DNA from: Vicinamibacteria bacterium
GTDB taxonomy: Bacteria > Acidobacteriota > Vicinamibacteria > Marinacidobacterales > Marinacidobacteraceae
Direction: 5' to 3'
DNA length: 64,000 nt
Assembly (NCBI GenBank): GCA_964291235.2
Contig: OZ219815.1
Coordinates: forward strand, 448,001 to 512,000
Under the pieces are notes generated by a model. The model did not search any database. It saw only the letters and a list, made by a program, of their open reading frames with translations, and had not been told where the DNA came from. Made by a program: the position numbers and the translations under genes. Positions 19,038 to 27,904 of the stretch are shown here, in pieces. The first letter of the stretch is position 1. Every line of letters starts with the position of its first letter.

Positions 19038-20566
19038 CCGATCCCGAGCTTCCCACCACGGAGGAGGTGCGGAGGCTCGGCGAGGCCTTCGGAATGACCC
19101 TCTCCGAAGCGGAAGCCGCGTCCTACCGCGAGATGATGCGGGGCTTCCTCCACTCGTGCGGGCGCCTGGACGAACTCCCCGAGCCCAAGCCGGCGGTCAA
19201 GTATCCGCGCGGTCCGGTCCGGCGGCCCACGGCCGAAGAGAACCCGTATTGCGCCTGGACGGTCCGGACTCACATCGAAGGCGCGTCCGAGGGGCCGCTT
19301 CGCGGCATGCGCGTCGGGGTGAAGGACACCATCTGCGTCGCCGGGGTTCCCATGCACGCGGGGTCGCGCATCGTCCACGGCTTCGTTCCCGATGTCGACG
19401 CGACAATCATCACCCGGCTGCTCGACGCGGGAGCGGTCATCGCGGGCAAGACCGCGTCCGCAGCCGGGGTGGGCACCGAGGACGGCGAGTTCGCGACGGT
19501 GCGTAATCCGAGAAAGCCGACGCACGCCCCGGGAGGATCCTCGACGGGAAGCGCCGCGGCGCTGGCGGCGGGGGACGTCGAACTGGCCCTCGGAGCGGAC
19601 CAGGGCGGCTCGATCCGGATTCCCGCGGCGTGGAGCGGGGTCTGCGGCCTGAAGCCCACCTACGGGCTCGTCCCCTACACCGGCGTCATTTCGAACGAGA
19701 TGACGATGACCCACCCCGGCCCGATGGCGAATACGGTGCGGAACGTGGCCCGGATGCTCTCCGCAATTGCCGGACCCGATCCGCTGGACCCCCGCACCCG
19801 GGGCGTGAACCCACCGACCACGGACTACGCGGCCGGCCTCGACCGCGGCGTCTCCCCCCTCCGCATCGGCGTCGTCCGCGAAGGATTCGGCCAAAACCCC
19901 TGGGACGACATCGGCCTCGTCGGTAGCGAGCCGGTGGTGGACGAGAAGGTGCGGGCGGCGGCCGAACGCCTCCAGGCGGCCGGGGCGCACGTCGGGGAAG
20001 TCTCCATTCCCATGCACACGGACGGCGTCCACATCTTCTACGCGCTCTACAACGAGGGAAACGCCTACCAGTACCGCCGCTCCAACATCGGCACCAACTG
20101 GCTGGGCTTCTACAACACGAAGCTCCTCGAGCGGAAGGGCTGGCGCGACGATCCCGACGCGCTGTCGCCATCGGCGAAGTCGATGCTGCTCACCGCGGAA
20201 TACCTGGAACGGCGCTACCGGGGGCGCTACTACGCCAAGGCCCAGAACGTGCGCCGCGCCCTCGTCGCCGCCTATGACGAAGTGCTGGAAAGCTACGACG
20301 TTCTCATGATGCCGACGGTGCCGTGCCGCGCCACCCCGATTCCGGCCGGGGAGGTGTCTCCCCGGGAGAGCGTGCGGTTCGCGATGCAGATGATCAACAA
20401 CACCTGCCAGTTCGGGGTGACGGGGCACCCGGCGATGAGCGTTCCGTGCGGCGTCTTCGAGGACCTCCCCATCGGGGCGATGATCGTCGGCAAGCACCTC
20501 GACGAGGCGACCGTGCTGCGGGTGGCGAACGCGGTCGAGGCGAGCGGCGACTGGCAGACGCTTTGA
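19034..20566 (+). CDS. Amidase signature family enzyme
   Basis: VKD, GGSSTGS, GADQGGSIRIPAAWSG, GLKPTYG (Lys-Ser-Ser triad). Confidence 0.92.
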   Translation: MTDPELPTTEEVRRLGEAFGMTLSEAEAASYREMMRGFLHSCGRLDELPEPKPAVKYPRGPVRRPTAEENPYCAWTVRTHIEGASEGPLRGMRVGVKDTICVAGVPMHAGSRIVHGFVPDVDATIITRLLDAGAVIAGKTASAAGVGTEDGEFATVRNPRKPTHAPGGSSTGSAAALAAGDVELALGADQGGSIRIPAAWSGVCGLKPTYGLVPYTGVISNEMTMTHPGPMANTVRNVARMLSAIAGPDPLDPRTRGVNPPTTDYAAGLDRGVSPLRIGVVREGFGQNPWDDIGLVGSEPVVDEKVRAAAERLQAAGAHVGEVSIPMHTDGVHIFYALYNEGNAYQYRRSNIGTNWLGFYNTKLLERKGWRDDPDALSPSAKSMLLTAEYLERRYRGRYYAKAQNVRRALVAAYDEVLESYDVLMMPTVPCRATPIPAGEVSPRESVRFAMQMINNTCQFGVTGHPAMSVPCGVFEDLPIGAMIVGKHLDEATVLRVANAVEASGDWQTL

Positions 20567-21579
20567 GCCGGCGGCTTCTGCACCGACTGATCGGCGGCGC
20601 GTTCGTCGTCATCGGCGTCTCGATCCTCATCTTCGTCCTCGCCCGGGTGGTACCGGGTGACCCGGCTCGCCTCGCGCTCGGGCCGGCGGCGACTCCCGAT
20701 CAGGTGGAGGCGCTCCGCGGGCGGCTCGGGCTCGATGAACCCGTCACCGTCCAGTACGCGCGCTATGTGCGCCAGGCGCTCGCCGGCGACTTCGGGATCT
20801 CGCTCTACACCGGCCGCGCGGTGTCCGCGGACGTCCGGAACACCTTTCCCGCCACGCTCGAGCTCGTCCTCTTCGCCATGCTCCTGGTGGCCGGCTTCGG
20901 CGTCTGGTTCGGGGTGACCTCCGGGATGCGGCCCGGGTCCTGGCGCGATCAGGGATTGCGCCTCCTGTCCGTGATCTGCGTGACCACGCCCACCTTCGTC
21001 TGGGCGGTCGCGTTCATGCTGGTCTTCGGTTTCTGGCTCGAACTCTTCCCCATCGCCGGCCGTCTCTCCGAAGCGCTGCTCCCGCCCGACCGCGTGACTG
21101 GCCTCTTTGTCGCCGACGCCCTCCTCGCGGGACAGTGGCTCCACGCGGCGGATGCCCTTCACCACCTGGTCCTGCCGGGGATCGCGCTGTCGCTCCCCGC
21201 GCTCGGCCAGACCGCGCGCATCATGCGGGCCAGCATGGTGGACACCGTCTCCACGCCGTACATCGAGTTCGCGCGCGCCTCCGGAGTCCCGGAGCGGACC
21301 ATCGCCTTCAAGTACGCGCTCCGGCCGGCTTCAATACCCGTGTTGACCATTCTCGGCCTCGAGCTGGTGGCGCTGATGGGAAACGCCTTCCTGGTCGAGA
21401 GAGTCTTCAGTTGGCCTGGTCTCGCGCGCTACGGCGTGGACACGATCCTCTACAAGGACCTGAACGGGATGATGGCGACGGTGCTCGTCATGACACTGCT
21501 GTTCGTCGTCGTCAACGCCTTGATCGACGTCGTCGTCGCCTTCGTGGATCCCCGGATCCGGTTCCGAGCCGAGTCATGA
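20563..21579 (+). CDS. Peptide/nickel ABC transporter permease (DppB-like)
   Basis: PGDPA, GLDEP, GDFGIS, FPATLEL, ERVFSWPG; TTGA overlap start. Confidence 0.9.
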   Translation: MSRRLLHRLIGGAFVVIGVSILIFVLARVVPGDPARLALGPAATPDQVEALRGRLGLDEPVTVQYARYVRQALAGDFGISLYTGRAVSADVRNTFPATLELVLFAMLLVAGFGVWFGVTSGMRPGSWRDQGLRLLSVICVTTPTFVWAVAFMLVFGFWLELFPIAGRLSEALLPPDRVTGLFVADALLAGQWLHAADALHHLVLPGIALSLPALGQTARIMRASMVDTVSTPYIEFARASGVPERTIAFKYALRPASIPVLTILGLELVALMGNAFLVERVFSWPGLARYGVDTILYKDLNGMMATVLVMTLLFVVVNALIDVVVAFVDPRIRFRAES

Positions 21580-22388
21580 GCCGAAGCGCGCTCTGCGGCG
21601 CCGCAATCGTGGGCGGCCTCCTGGCCGCTGCCGTCCTCGCCCCGTGGCTGGCGCCGTACCCGACGCACGCGGGAACGTTCGTGGACGTCGATCTCGCCTA
21701 CCACCCTCCGAGCGCCGTCCACTTGCTCGGAACCGACGGCGTGGGGCGGGATCTCCTCAGCCGGCTGCTGTTCGCATACCGGACATCGCTCGTCCTCGCT
21801 GGTGTGGTGCTCATCCTCGCCGTTCCCATCGGCGTCACCGCGGGTCTCGCCGCGGGCTATCTCGGCGGCTGGATCGAAACCGTCATCCTGCGGACTACCG
21901 ACATCTTTCTCGCGATCCCGTCGCTCGTCCTCGCAATGGCGATCCTGGGCCTCTTCGACCCGTCCCTGACCATGGCGATGGTCGCGGTCTCGTTCGCGTG
22001 GTGGCCCTGGTACGCGCGGCTCGTCTACAACGTCACGCGTCAGATCCGAACCGAGGGCTACGTGGGCGCGGCCGAGATCGCCGGCGCCGGGCCGCTCCGG
22101 GTGATGTTCGGGGAGATCCTGCCCAACGCGCGTGGCCCCATCCTGACGAAGATGACGCTCGACGCCGGCTTCGTGATCCTGATGGGCGCCGGCCTCTCCT
22201 TCCTCGGACTGGGGGCAGAGCCCCCGACGCCCGACCTCGGCACGATGGTGGCGGAGGGAACGGCGTTGCTGCCGGATGTTTGGTGGCCCACGGTTTTTGC
22301 AAGCCTCGCCATCGTGATCGCCGTTTTCGGCTTCAACCTGCTTGGGGACGGGATTCGGGACATCCTGGGGGCGGACGAGCCGTGCTGA
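21576..22388 (+). CDS. Peptide/nickel ABC transporter permease (DppC-like)
   Basis: HLLGTDGVGRD, ILPN, LSFLGLG..PPTPDLG. Confidence 0.9.
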   Translation: MSRSALCGAAIVGGLLAAAVLAPWLAPYPTHAGTFVDVDLAYHPPSAVHLLGTDGVGRDLLSRLLFAYRTSLVLAGVVLILAVPIGVTAGLAAGYLGGWIETVILRTTDIFLAIPSLVLAMAILGLFDPSLTMAMVAVSFAWWPWYARLVYNVTRQIRTEGYVGAAEIAGAGPLRVMFGEILPNARGPILTKMTLDAGFVILMGAGLSFLGLGAEPPTPDLGTMVAEGTALLPDVWWPTVFASLAIVIAVFGFNLLGDGIRDILGADEPC

Positions 22389-23155
22389 GAGTCGAGGGGC
22401 TTGAAGTCGCCTTCCGGGGCCGGAACACCGACAACCGGGTCGTTCGCGGTCTCGACCTGGACGTCGCCGCCGGGGAGCGCGTGGCGCTCGTCGGCGAATC
22501 GGGCTCCGGAAAGTCCGTCACGGCGCGGGCCATTATGGGCCTCCTGCCCAGGTCCGCCCGCGCGTCCGGCCAGATCCTCTTTCACGGAACCGATCTCCTG
22601 CAGGAAGGCCGGGACGAACTCCTGGGCTCGCGCCTGACGATGGTGTTCCAGGACCCGATGAGCGCGCTCAATCCAGTCTTCCCGGTGGAGGATCAGCTCC
22701 GCGCGGTCGCCGGCGGCGAGGAGCGGACGCGCGACCGGGGCCGCCTGGTCGCCCTGCTGCAAAGCGTCGCGATCCGGGATCCGGAGCGGGTCCTGCGGTC
22801 GTACCCGTTTCAGCTCAGCGGCGGTATGGCGCAGCGCGTCCTCCTGGCGGCGGCGCTCCTGAACGGACCGGAACTCGTCATCGCGGACGAGCCGGCGACG
22901 GCGCTCGACGCGGACATCCAGCAGAAGAGTCTCGAGCTTCTCGCCCGCCGGTCCCGCGAGGACGGTACGGCGGTGCTCCTCATCACCCACCACCTGGGTC
23001 TCGTGCGCCGCTTCGCGGAAACGATCTACGTGATGCGGGAGGGAGAGATCGTCGAGAACGGTGCGGCGCGGGAAGTGCTCCACGCGCCCGCCCACGAATA
23101 CACGAAGTCGCTGCTCGCGAGCGTGCCCCGGCTGTCGGGGGCCGCCGATGCCTGA
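22382..23155 (+). CDS. Peptide ABC transporter ATP-binding protein (DppD-like)
   Basis: GESGSGKS, FQDPMSALNP, LSGGMAQR, IADEP. Confidence 0.9.
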   Translation: MLRVEGLEVAFRGRNTDNRVVRGLDLDVAAGERVALVGESGSGKSVTARAIMGLLPRSARASGQILFHGTDLLQEGRDELLGSRLTMVFQDPMSALNPVFPVEDQLRAVAGGEERTRDRGRLVALLQSVAIRDPERVLRSYPFQLSGGMAQRVLLAAALLNGPELVIADEPATALDADIQQKSLELLARRSREDGTAVLLITHHLGLVRRFAETIYVMREGEIVENGAAREVLHAPAHEYTKSLLASVPRLSGAADA

Positions 23156-24080
23156 TCTGCTCACGATCCGGGACCTCGGCAAGCGCTACGGTGAGGTCGT
23201 CGCGCTGGACGAGATTTCGCTCGGGATACCGGAAGGAGGGTCGCTCGCCGTAGTCGGCGAATCCGGCTCGGGCAAGACGACGCTCGGGCGCCTCGTCGTG
23301 GGGCTCGAGCGCCCCACTACCGGTAGCGTTCGGTTTGGGGGCGACGAGCTGGCCCCAGGGAGCCGCACCCGGGCGCAGCGGCGCGCGATTCAACTCGTCC
23401 CGCAGGACCCGCTCTCGACCCTGAATCCGAGCAAGACCGCGGGAGCGAGCGTCGCGCTGCCGCTCGTCGTGCACGGGCTCCCGCACGGACGGGCGCGCCT
23501 CGCCGAGCTCTTCGACACCGTGGGTCTCCCCGCAAGCTTCATCGATCGCTTCCCTGCCGAACTGTCCGGGGGACAGCGCCAGCGGGTCGCGATCGCCCGT
23601 GCCCTCGCTACCGAACCCCGGCTCATCGTCCTCGACGAGCCGACGGCGGCCCTCGATGTCCTGATGCAGGCGCGCGTCGTCCGCCTGCTCGAACGCCTGC
23701 GCCGGAACTTTGGCGTCGCGTACCTGTTCATCACCCACGACCTCGCGCTGGTGAGCTCCGTGGCCAGCCGGATCGCAGTGCTTTATCGGGGACGACTCGT
23801 TGAGCTCGGACCGGCCGGCTCCGTCTTCCAGTCGCCCCGCCACCGCTACACGGAGCGTCTCCTCTCAACGGTCGCCGTCGTGGACGACGCCGAAGAGCGT
23901 CTCAAGCCGCAGTGGCCGGAAGACGCGCCCGACGATCGGGAGACCGTGTCTCCGGGATGCCTCTTCCGCCCGCGCTGTCCCTACGCCGTCGCCGCGTGTG
24001 ACGAACAGCCGCCGCTCTCCGGAGAGGGAGACCACCGCCACGCCTGCGTGGCGCCCGCAGCAGGCTCGTCAGACCAGTAA
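23148..24080 (+). CDS. Peptide ABC transporter ATP-binding protein (DppF-like) with C-terminal Cys cluster
   Basis: GESGSGKT, LSGGQRQR, LDEPT, GCLFRPRCP...C...HAC. Confidence 0.9.
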   Translation: MPDLLTIRDLGKRYGEVVALDEISLGIPEGGSLAVVGESGSGKTTLGRLVVGLERPTTGSVRFGGDELAPGSRTRAQRRAIQLVPQDPLSTLNPSKTAGASVALPLVVHGLPHGRARLAELFDTVGLPASFIDRFPAELSGGQRQRVAIARALATEPRLIVLDEPTAALDVLMQARVVRLLERLRRNFGVAYLFITHDLALVSSVASRIAVLYRGRLVELGPAGSVFQSPRHRYTERLLSTVAVVDDAEERLKPQWPEDAPDDRETVSPGCLFRPRCPYAVAACDEQPPLSGEGDHRHACVAPAAGSSDQ

Positions 24081-24195
24081 CCGGGAATGGCCCGCGGCGC
24101 TGGATGGCGGACGCCTTTCGCTCCCTGGGAGCGCCAGACGACCGCCGGTGGGGACGAAAACCGTGTACCGCCGGGCGAGAGCGGGAGGAACTCGG

Positions 24196-24762
24196 TCAGG
24201 CGGCGAACACGAAGCCGAAGACCGCGATCAACATGGTTATCAGGACACCCAAGGCTCCCCAGATCAATCGCAGTTCCCGCTGTTGCGCATCCAGCCTGGT
24301 CGCGACCACCTCCTTGAAGGTGCGCAACTCCCCGGCCAGCTCGGCGATCGCGCGGTCGCGCTCCACGGCAGCCTCGGCGAGGGCATCAATCTTCCGGTCC
24401 ATCCCGTCGAGCCGCTCGTCCATGCGGTCGAACCGCTCGTCCATGCGGTCGAAACGCTCGTCCATGCGATCGAAACGCTGGTCGCGCTCGGCAAAGAGTT
24501 GCCGCATCTCGACCAACATCGGCTGCAACTGCGTCGTCGCGTTCTCCAGGACCATCGACTGTGCTTCTTCTACCACAGTATAGGCAAGCACCGCGTCGGC
24601 GCCCGCATCGACGAGCACCCGGAAAAGCCGGCCGACAGCCGCCGGTGACGAAGCCCTCCGCTCCGGCGGTGGGGTGGCGGGATTCGGCGGTCCGGCTGAT
24701 GGGGCGGCTTCCCCGGGAGGAATGGCGGCTGGCTTCGCCGAGTCGGGCGTCGGGTCCGGCAT
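24196..24762 (-). CDS. Membrane-anchored coiled-coil protein (DUF1640/CCDC90-like architecture)
   Basis: Pro-rich N-terminus, LFRVLVDAGAD head, heptad repeats FDRMDER, C-terminal TM helix; GGAGG RBS. Confidence 0.7.
   Translation of the reverse strand: MPDPTPDSAKPAAIPPGEAAPSAGPPNPATPPPERRASSPAAVGRLFRVLVDAGADAVLAYTVVEEAQSMVLENATTQLQPMLVEMRQLFAERDQRFDRMDERFDRMDERFDRMDERLDGMDRKIDALAEAAVERDRAIAELAGELRTFKEVVATRLDAQQRELRLIWGALGVLITMLIAVFGFVFAA
24392..24480. repeat. 21-bp tandem repeat (3 near-perfect plus degenerate units) encoding heptads
   Basis: CGCTCGTCCATGCGRTCGAAM at 24413, 24434 and 24455. Confidence 0.9.
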
Positions 24763-25032
24763 CAGAGGTACCTCCGTCGCGATGCGGGTGCCGGAAGACC
24801 GGATGTCTTCCTTACTTCAGATCAGACGGAATTCCGGTGCAATTCGTCCCACCTCGGGTCGCAATGTGGAAAACTCGGCTTGAAGGACGACCCCACGCCG
24901 AATGGATCAACGCCTTCGGGTGCCGGATCCGATGAGACCGGGCGGCTCGGCACGGCCCGCGGCGCTACACACCGCGATGCCGGTCAGGGGCCCCACCGGG
25001 AGAACCGGACGGTGTGCCCGGTGGGGGATCCC

Positions 25033-25968
25033 CTAAAGGCCGGGCGCCCCGATCTCGATGAGAATCGTTCGCAGCTCCTCGCGCTCGGACGCGTCGAGGG
25101 AGCGCGTCGGGAGCCGGCTCGGGCCGCCTTTCCGGCCCGTCAGTTCGAGCGCCGCGTTGACGACGGGGCTCTCCGCCCCGGTGCGGCGCCACATCTTCAC
25201 CCGGAAGTCGTACCACGGCCGGTTGATGGCGCTCAGCAGCCCCTGTGCCCGGACGTAGTCGCCCGCTTCCAGCAGGCGAAAGACCTCGAGATCGTGCTCG
25301 GGCCAGACGGTGCACAGGTGGGTGATGTAGCCCCGTCCTCCGAGCATGTGGGTCAATCCCTGGAGGCCGTAGTTGTCGATGACGGAGAGTCGGTCCCGGA
25401 AGCGCTCGACGCCGCGCTGGTAGTCGCCCACACCGCGTGCGGTGGACCACTTGAGGGCGGCGCAACGAGGGAGGGCGGCGAGCCGCTCGACATCGCCGAG
25501 CGTCATGTCGTAGCCCTCCCAGTAGGTGTTGTAGATCATGATGCCGAGCGTTCTGGTGGCCTCGTGCACCGCTTCGAACACCCGGTAGCAGTCGTCGGCC
25601 GACGGCTCGTAGTAGTAGCCGGGGGCGAGCTGGATGCCCCAGGCGCCGATGTCCTCGGCGAAACGGGCGAGTTCGACGGACAGCGCGGGGTTCGTGTCCT
25701 GGGCGCCGACGAGCACCGGTGTCCGGCCGTCGGCAGCCCGCACGATGGTCTCGCTCACGGCTTTCCGCTCGTCGAGGGTCAGCATCGGAAAGTCGCCCCC
25801 GGCGCCGGCGGCCAGGAGGACCCCGCTTCCGGTCCGGACGCCCCGTTCGACGACGTACTGGACGTTCTCCCGGATGGCGTCGTGATCGACGCTCAGGTCA
25901 TCGTGGTAGTGCGTGATGACCGGAATCAACGGTCCACAGATGGTCCTCTTGGCGTCCGCCGGCGTCAT
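25033..25968 (-). CDS. Dihydrodipicolinate synthase/N-acetylneuraminate lyase family aldolase
   Basis: PVITHY, LTLDERK, GRTPVLVG, PGYY, IYN, Schiff-base Lys in ALKWS. Confidence 0.85.
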   Translation of the reverse strand: MTPADAKRTICGPLIPVITHYHDDLSVDHDAIRENVQYVVERGVRTGSGVLLAAGAGGDFPMLTLDERKAVSETIVRAADGRTPVLVGAQDTNPALSVELARFAEDIGAWGIQLAPGYYYEPSADDCYRVFEAVHEATRTLGIMIYNTYWEGYDMTLGDVERLAALPRCAALKWSTARGVGDYQRGVERFRDRLSVIDNYGLQGLTHMLGGRGYITHLCTVWPEHDLEVFRLLEAGDYVRAQGLLSAINRPWYDFRVKMWRRTGAESPVVNAALELTGRKGGPSRLPTRSLDASEREELRTILIEIGAPGL

Positions 25969-26012
25969 GGCTCGGGTCTCCTTGCTCGGCTGTGTTATAT
26001 CCGAGCCCTCCC

Positions 26013-27536
26013 ATGAACCAAGGCCTGGCCGGCATCGACTGGCTCGTACTCGCGGGCTACGCGGGTCTCACCCTCTGGCTCGGCTGGTTCTACGGCCGCC
26101 GCCAGTCAACGACGAAGGAGTACTTCGTCGGGGGCGGCCGGCTCAATCCCATCGCCGTGGGCGTCTCGCTGTTCGCGACGCTGGTCAGCACGGTGTCCTA
26201 CCTTTCGGTGCCCGGCGAGACGCTGGGGCGAGGGCCTGTCCTGCTCGTTCAGCTCCTGGCGCTCCCCCTCGTCTATTTCGTCGTTGGCTACGGCCTGCTG
26301 CCGGCCTACATGAAGCACCGGGTGACGAGCGCCTACGAGCTACTGGAGGTGCGCCTCGGCGCCGGGGCGCGGCTTCTCGGCGCGTCGATGTTCATCGTCC
26401 TGCGTCTCGCCTGGATGTCGCTGGTGGTGTACGCGGCGGCGGTGGCGCTGACGGTAATGATCGGCGTCGGCCCCGCTGCGGTACCGCTGGTCGTCCTGTT
26501 CACGGCGTTCGTGGCGGTCGTTTACACCTCCCTGGGAGGACTCCGGGCTGTTGTCGTCACCGACTGCATCCAGTCCGCGCTGCTGTTCGCCGGCGCCCTG
26601 GTGGTCCTCGGCATCGTCACCGTGGAACTCGGCGGCTTTGAGTGGTTTCCGACGACGTGGCGCGACAACTGGGATACCCAGCCCCTGTTCAGCCTGAACC
26701 CGGCGACGCGGGTCACCGCGTTCGGGACGGTGATCTCCACGCTCACCTGGTACGTGGCCACCGCGGGCGGCGACCAGGTTTCGGTCCAGCGCTTCATGGC
26801 GACGACCGACCTGCGCGCCGCGCGGCGGGCTTACGGAACCCAGTTGCTCGCCATCACCGTGGTCACGGTGGTGCTGGCGCTCGTCGGCCTCGCTCTCCTC
26901 GGTTACTTCGAGGCGTTCCCCGAGCGGCTTGGCGAGGGAATGTCGCTGCGCGCCGACGCGGACCACATCTTTCCATTCTTCATCGCCCAGAGGCTCCCGC
27001 CCGGCATCGCGGGACTCGTCGTTGCCGCCATGTTCGCCGCCGCCATGTCGAGCGTGGACTCCGGGGTGAACTCGATCTCCGCAGTGGTGCTGACCGATTT
27101 CATGGGCCGCTTCCGCGCGCGTCCGCGCGACGACGCCAGCCAGCTCCGGTTGGCCCGGCGGCTCGCGGTCGCCACCGGCGGACTCATCGTGCTTGGCAGC
27201 TTCCTCATGGACCTTGTCCCCGGCAACATCACCGAGGTGACGTCCAAGACGTCGAACCTCCTGACCGGCCCGATCTTCGGTCTCTTCCTCTTCGCGCTGT
27301 TCCTTCCCCGGGTGCGCCCGCTCGGAGCGACAATCGGCACCGTGGCGGGCATGGCGGCGGCGGTGCTCGTCGCCTTCTCCGGACCCATCTTCGGTTTCGA
27401 TCCCGAGACCGGAGGCGACCCGGTCAGCTTCCAGTGGGTGGCTTCCACGTCGCTGCTGGTTCAGGTGGCCGTGGGCTGGACGGTGAGTACCGTGTTCGAG
27501 GACCGCCCGCCGGGACGGACTATGCTCGATTCGTAG
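26013..27536 (+). CDS. Sodium:solute symporter (SSS family)
   Basis: EYFVGG, SAYELLEVR, GGLRAVVVTD, DQVSVQRF, AAAMSSVDSGVNS. Confidence 0.9.
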   Translation: MNQGLAGIDWLVLAGYAGLTLWLGWFYGRRQSTTKEYFVGGGRLNPIAVGVSLFATLVSTVSYLSVPGETLGRGPVLLVQLLALPLVYFVVGYGLLPAYMKHRVTSAYELLEVRLGAGARLLGASMFIVLRLAWMSLVVYAAAVALTVMIGVGPAAVPLVVLFTAFVAVVYTSLGGLRAVVVTDCIQSALLFAGALVVLGIVTVELGGFEWFPTTWRDNWDTQPLFSLNPATRVTAFGTVISTLTWYVATAGGDQVSVQRFMATTDLRAARRAYGTQLLAITVVTVVLALVGLALLGYFEAFPERLGEGMSLRADADHIFPFFIAQRLPPGIAGLVVAAMFAAAMSSVDSGVNSISAVVLTDFMGRFRARPRDDASQLRLARRLAVATGGLIVLGSFLMDLVPGNITEVTSKTSNLLTGPIFGLFLFALFLPRVRPLGATIGTVAGMAAAVLVAFSGPIFGFDPETGGDPVSFQWVASTSLLVQVAVGWTVSTVFEDRPPGRTMLDS

Positions 27537-27555
27537 CAATTCAGGACTCCAGCAC

Positions 27556-27897
27556 ATGACCCGGACGCTCGCCGCGATCGCACTGCTCGTCTTCCAGATC
27601 GCCATGATCGGCTACGCACGCCTTGTCCCGTCCCGCTACTTCTGCTGGGCGCCGATGGACTCCCAGAACCTCTACTCGATCTCGGTGGCCGTCGGCGGGC
27701 GCGTACTCGGCCCCGAAGAGATCGAGGCGCGCTACCGGCAGCCGGCGGAGGGCGGCAACTGGCAGGCGATCCAGCACGTGCTCGACAAGGTCCGGCAGTA
27801 CGAGGAGACGTACGGCCGGGATGACGGGGCTCGCATCGAGATCGCCTACACCGTCAACGGGCATCCCGAGGAGACCTGGACCTGGCCGCCGCGGTGA
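27556..27897 (+). CDS. Small hypothetical protein with N-terminal TM, probable partner of the HTTM protein
   Basis: 113-aa ORF with AGGA RBS; RYFCWAPMD motif; co-oriented and 7 bp from the next gene. Confidence 0.65.
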   Translation: MTRTLAAIALLVFQIAMIGYARLVPSRYFCWAPMDSQNLYSISVAVGGRVLGPEEIEARYRQPAEGGNWQAIQHVLDKVRQYEETYGRDDGARIEIAYTVNGHPEETWTWPPR

Positions 27898-27904
27898 GAC
27901 CGCA

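Noticed and set aside
24392-24480. Possible CRISPR or regulatory repeat
   Set aside because: Head-to-tail 21-mers without spacers, in frame within a coiled-coil CDS
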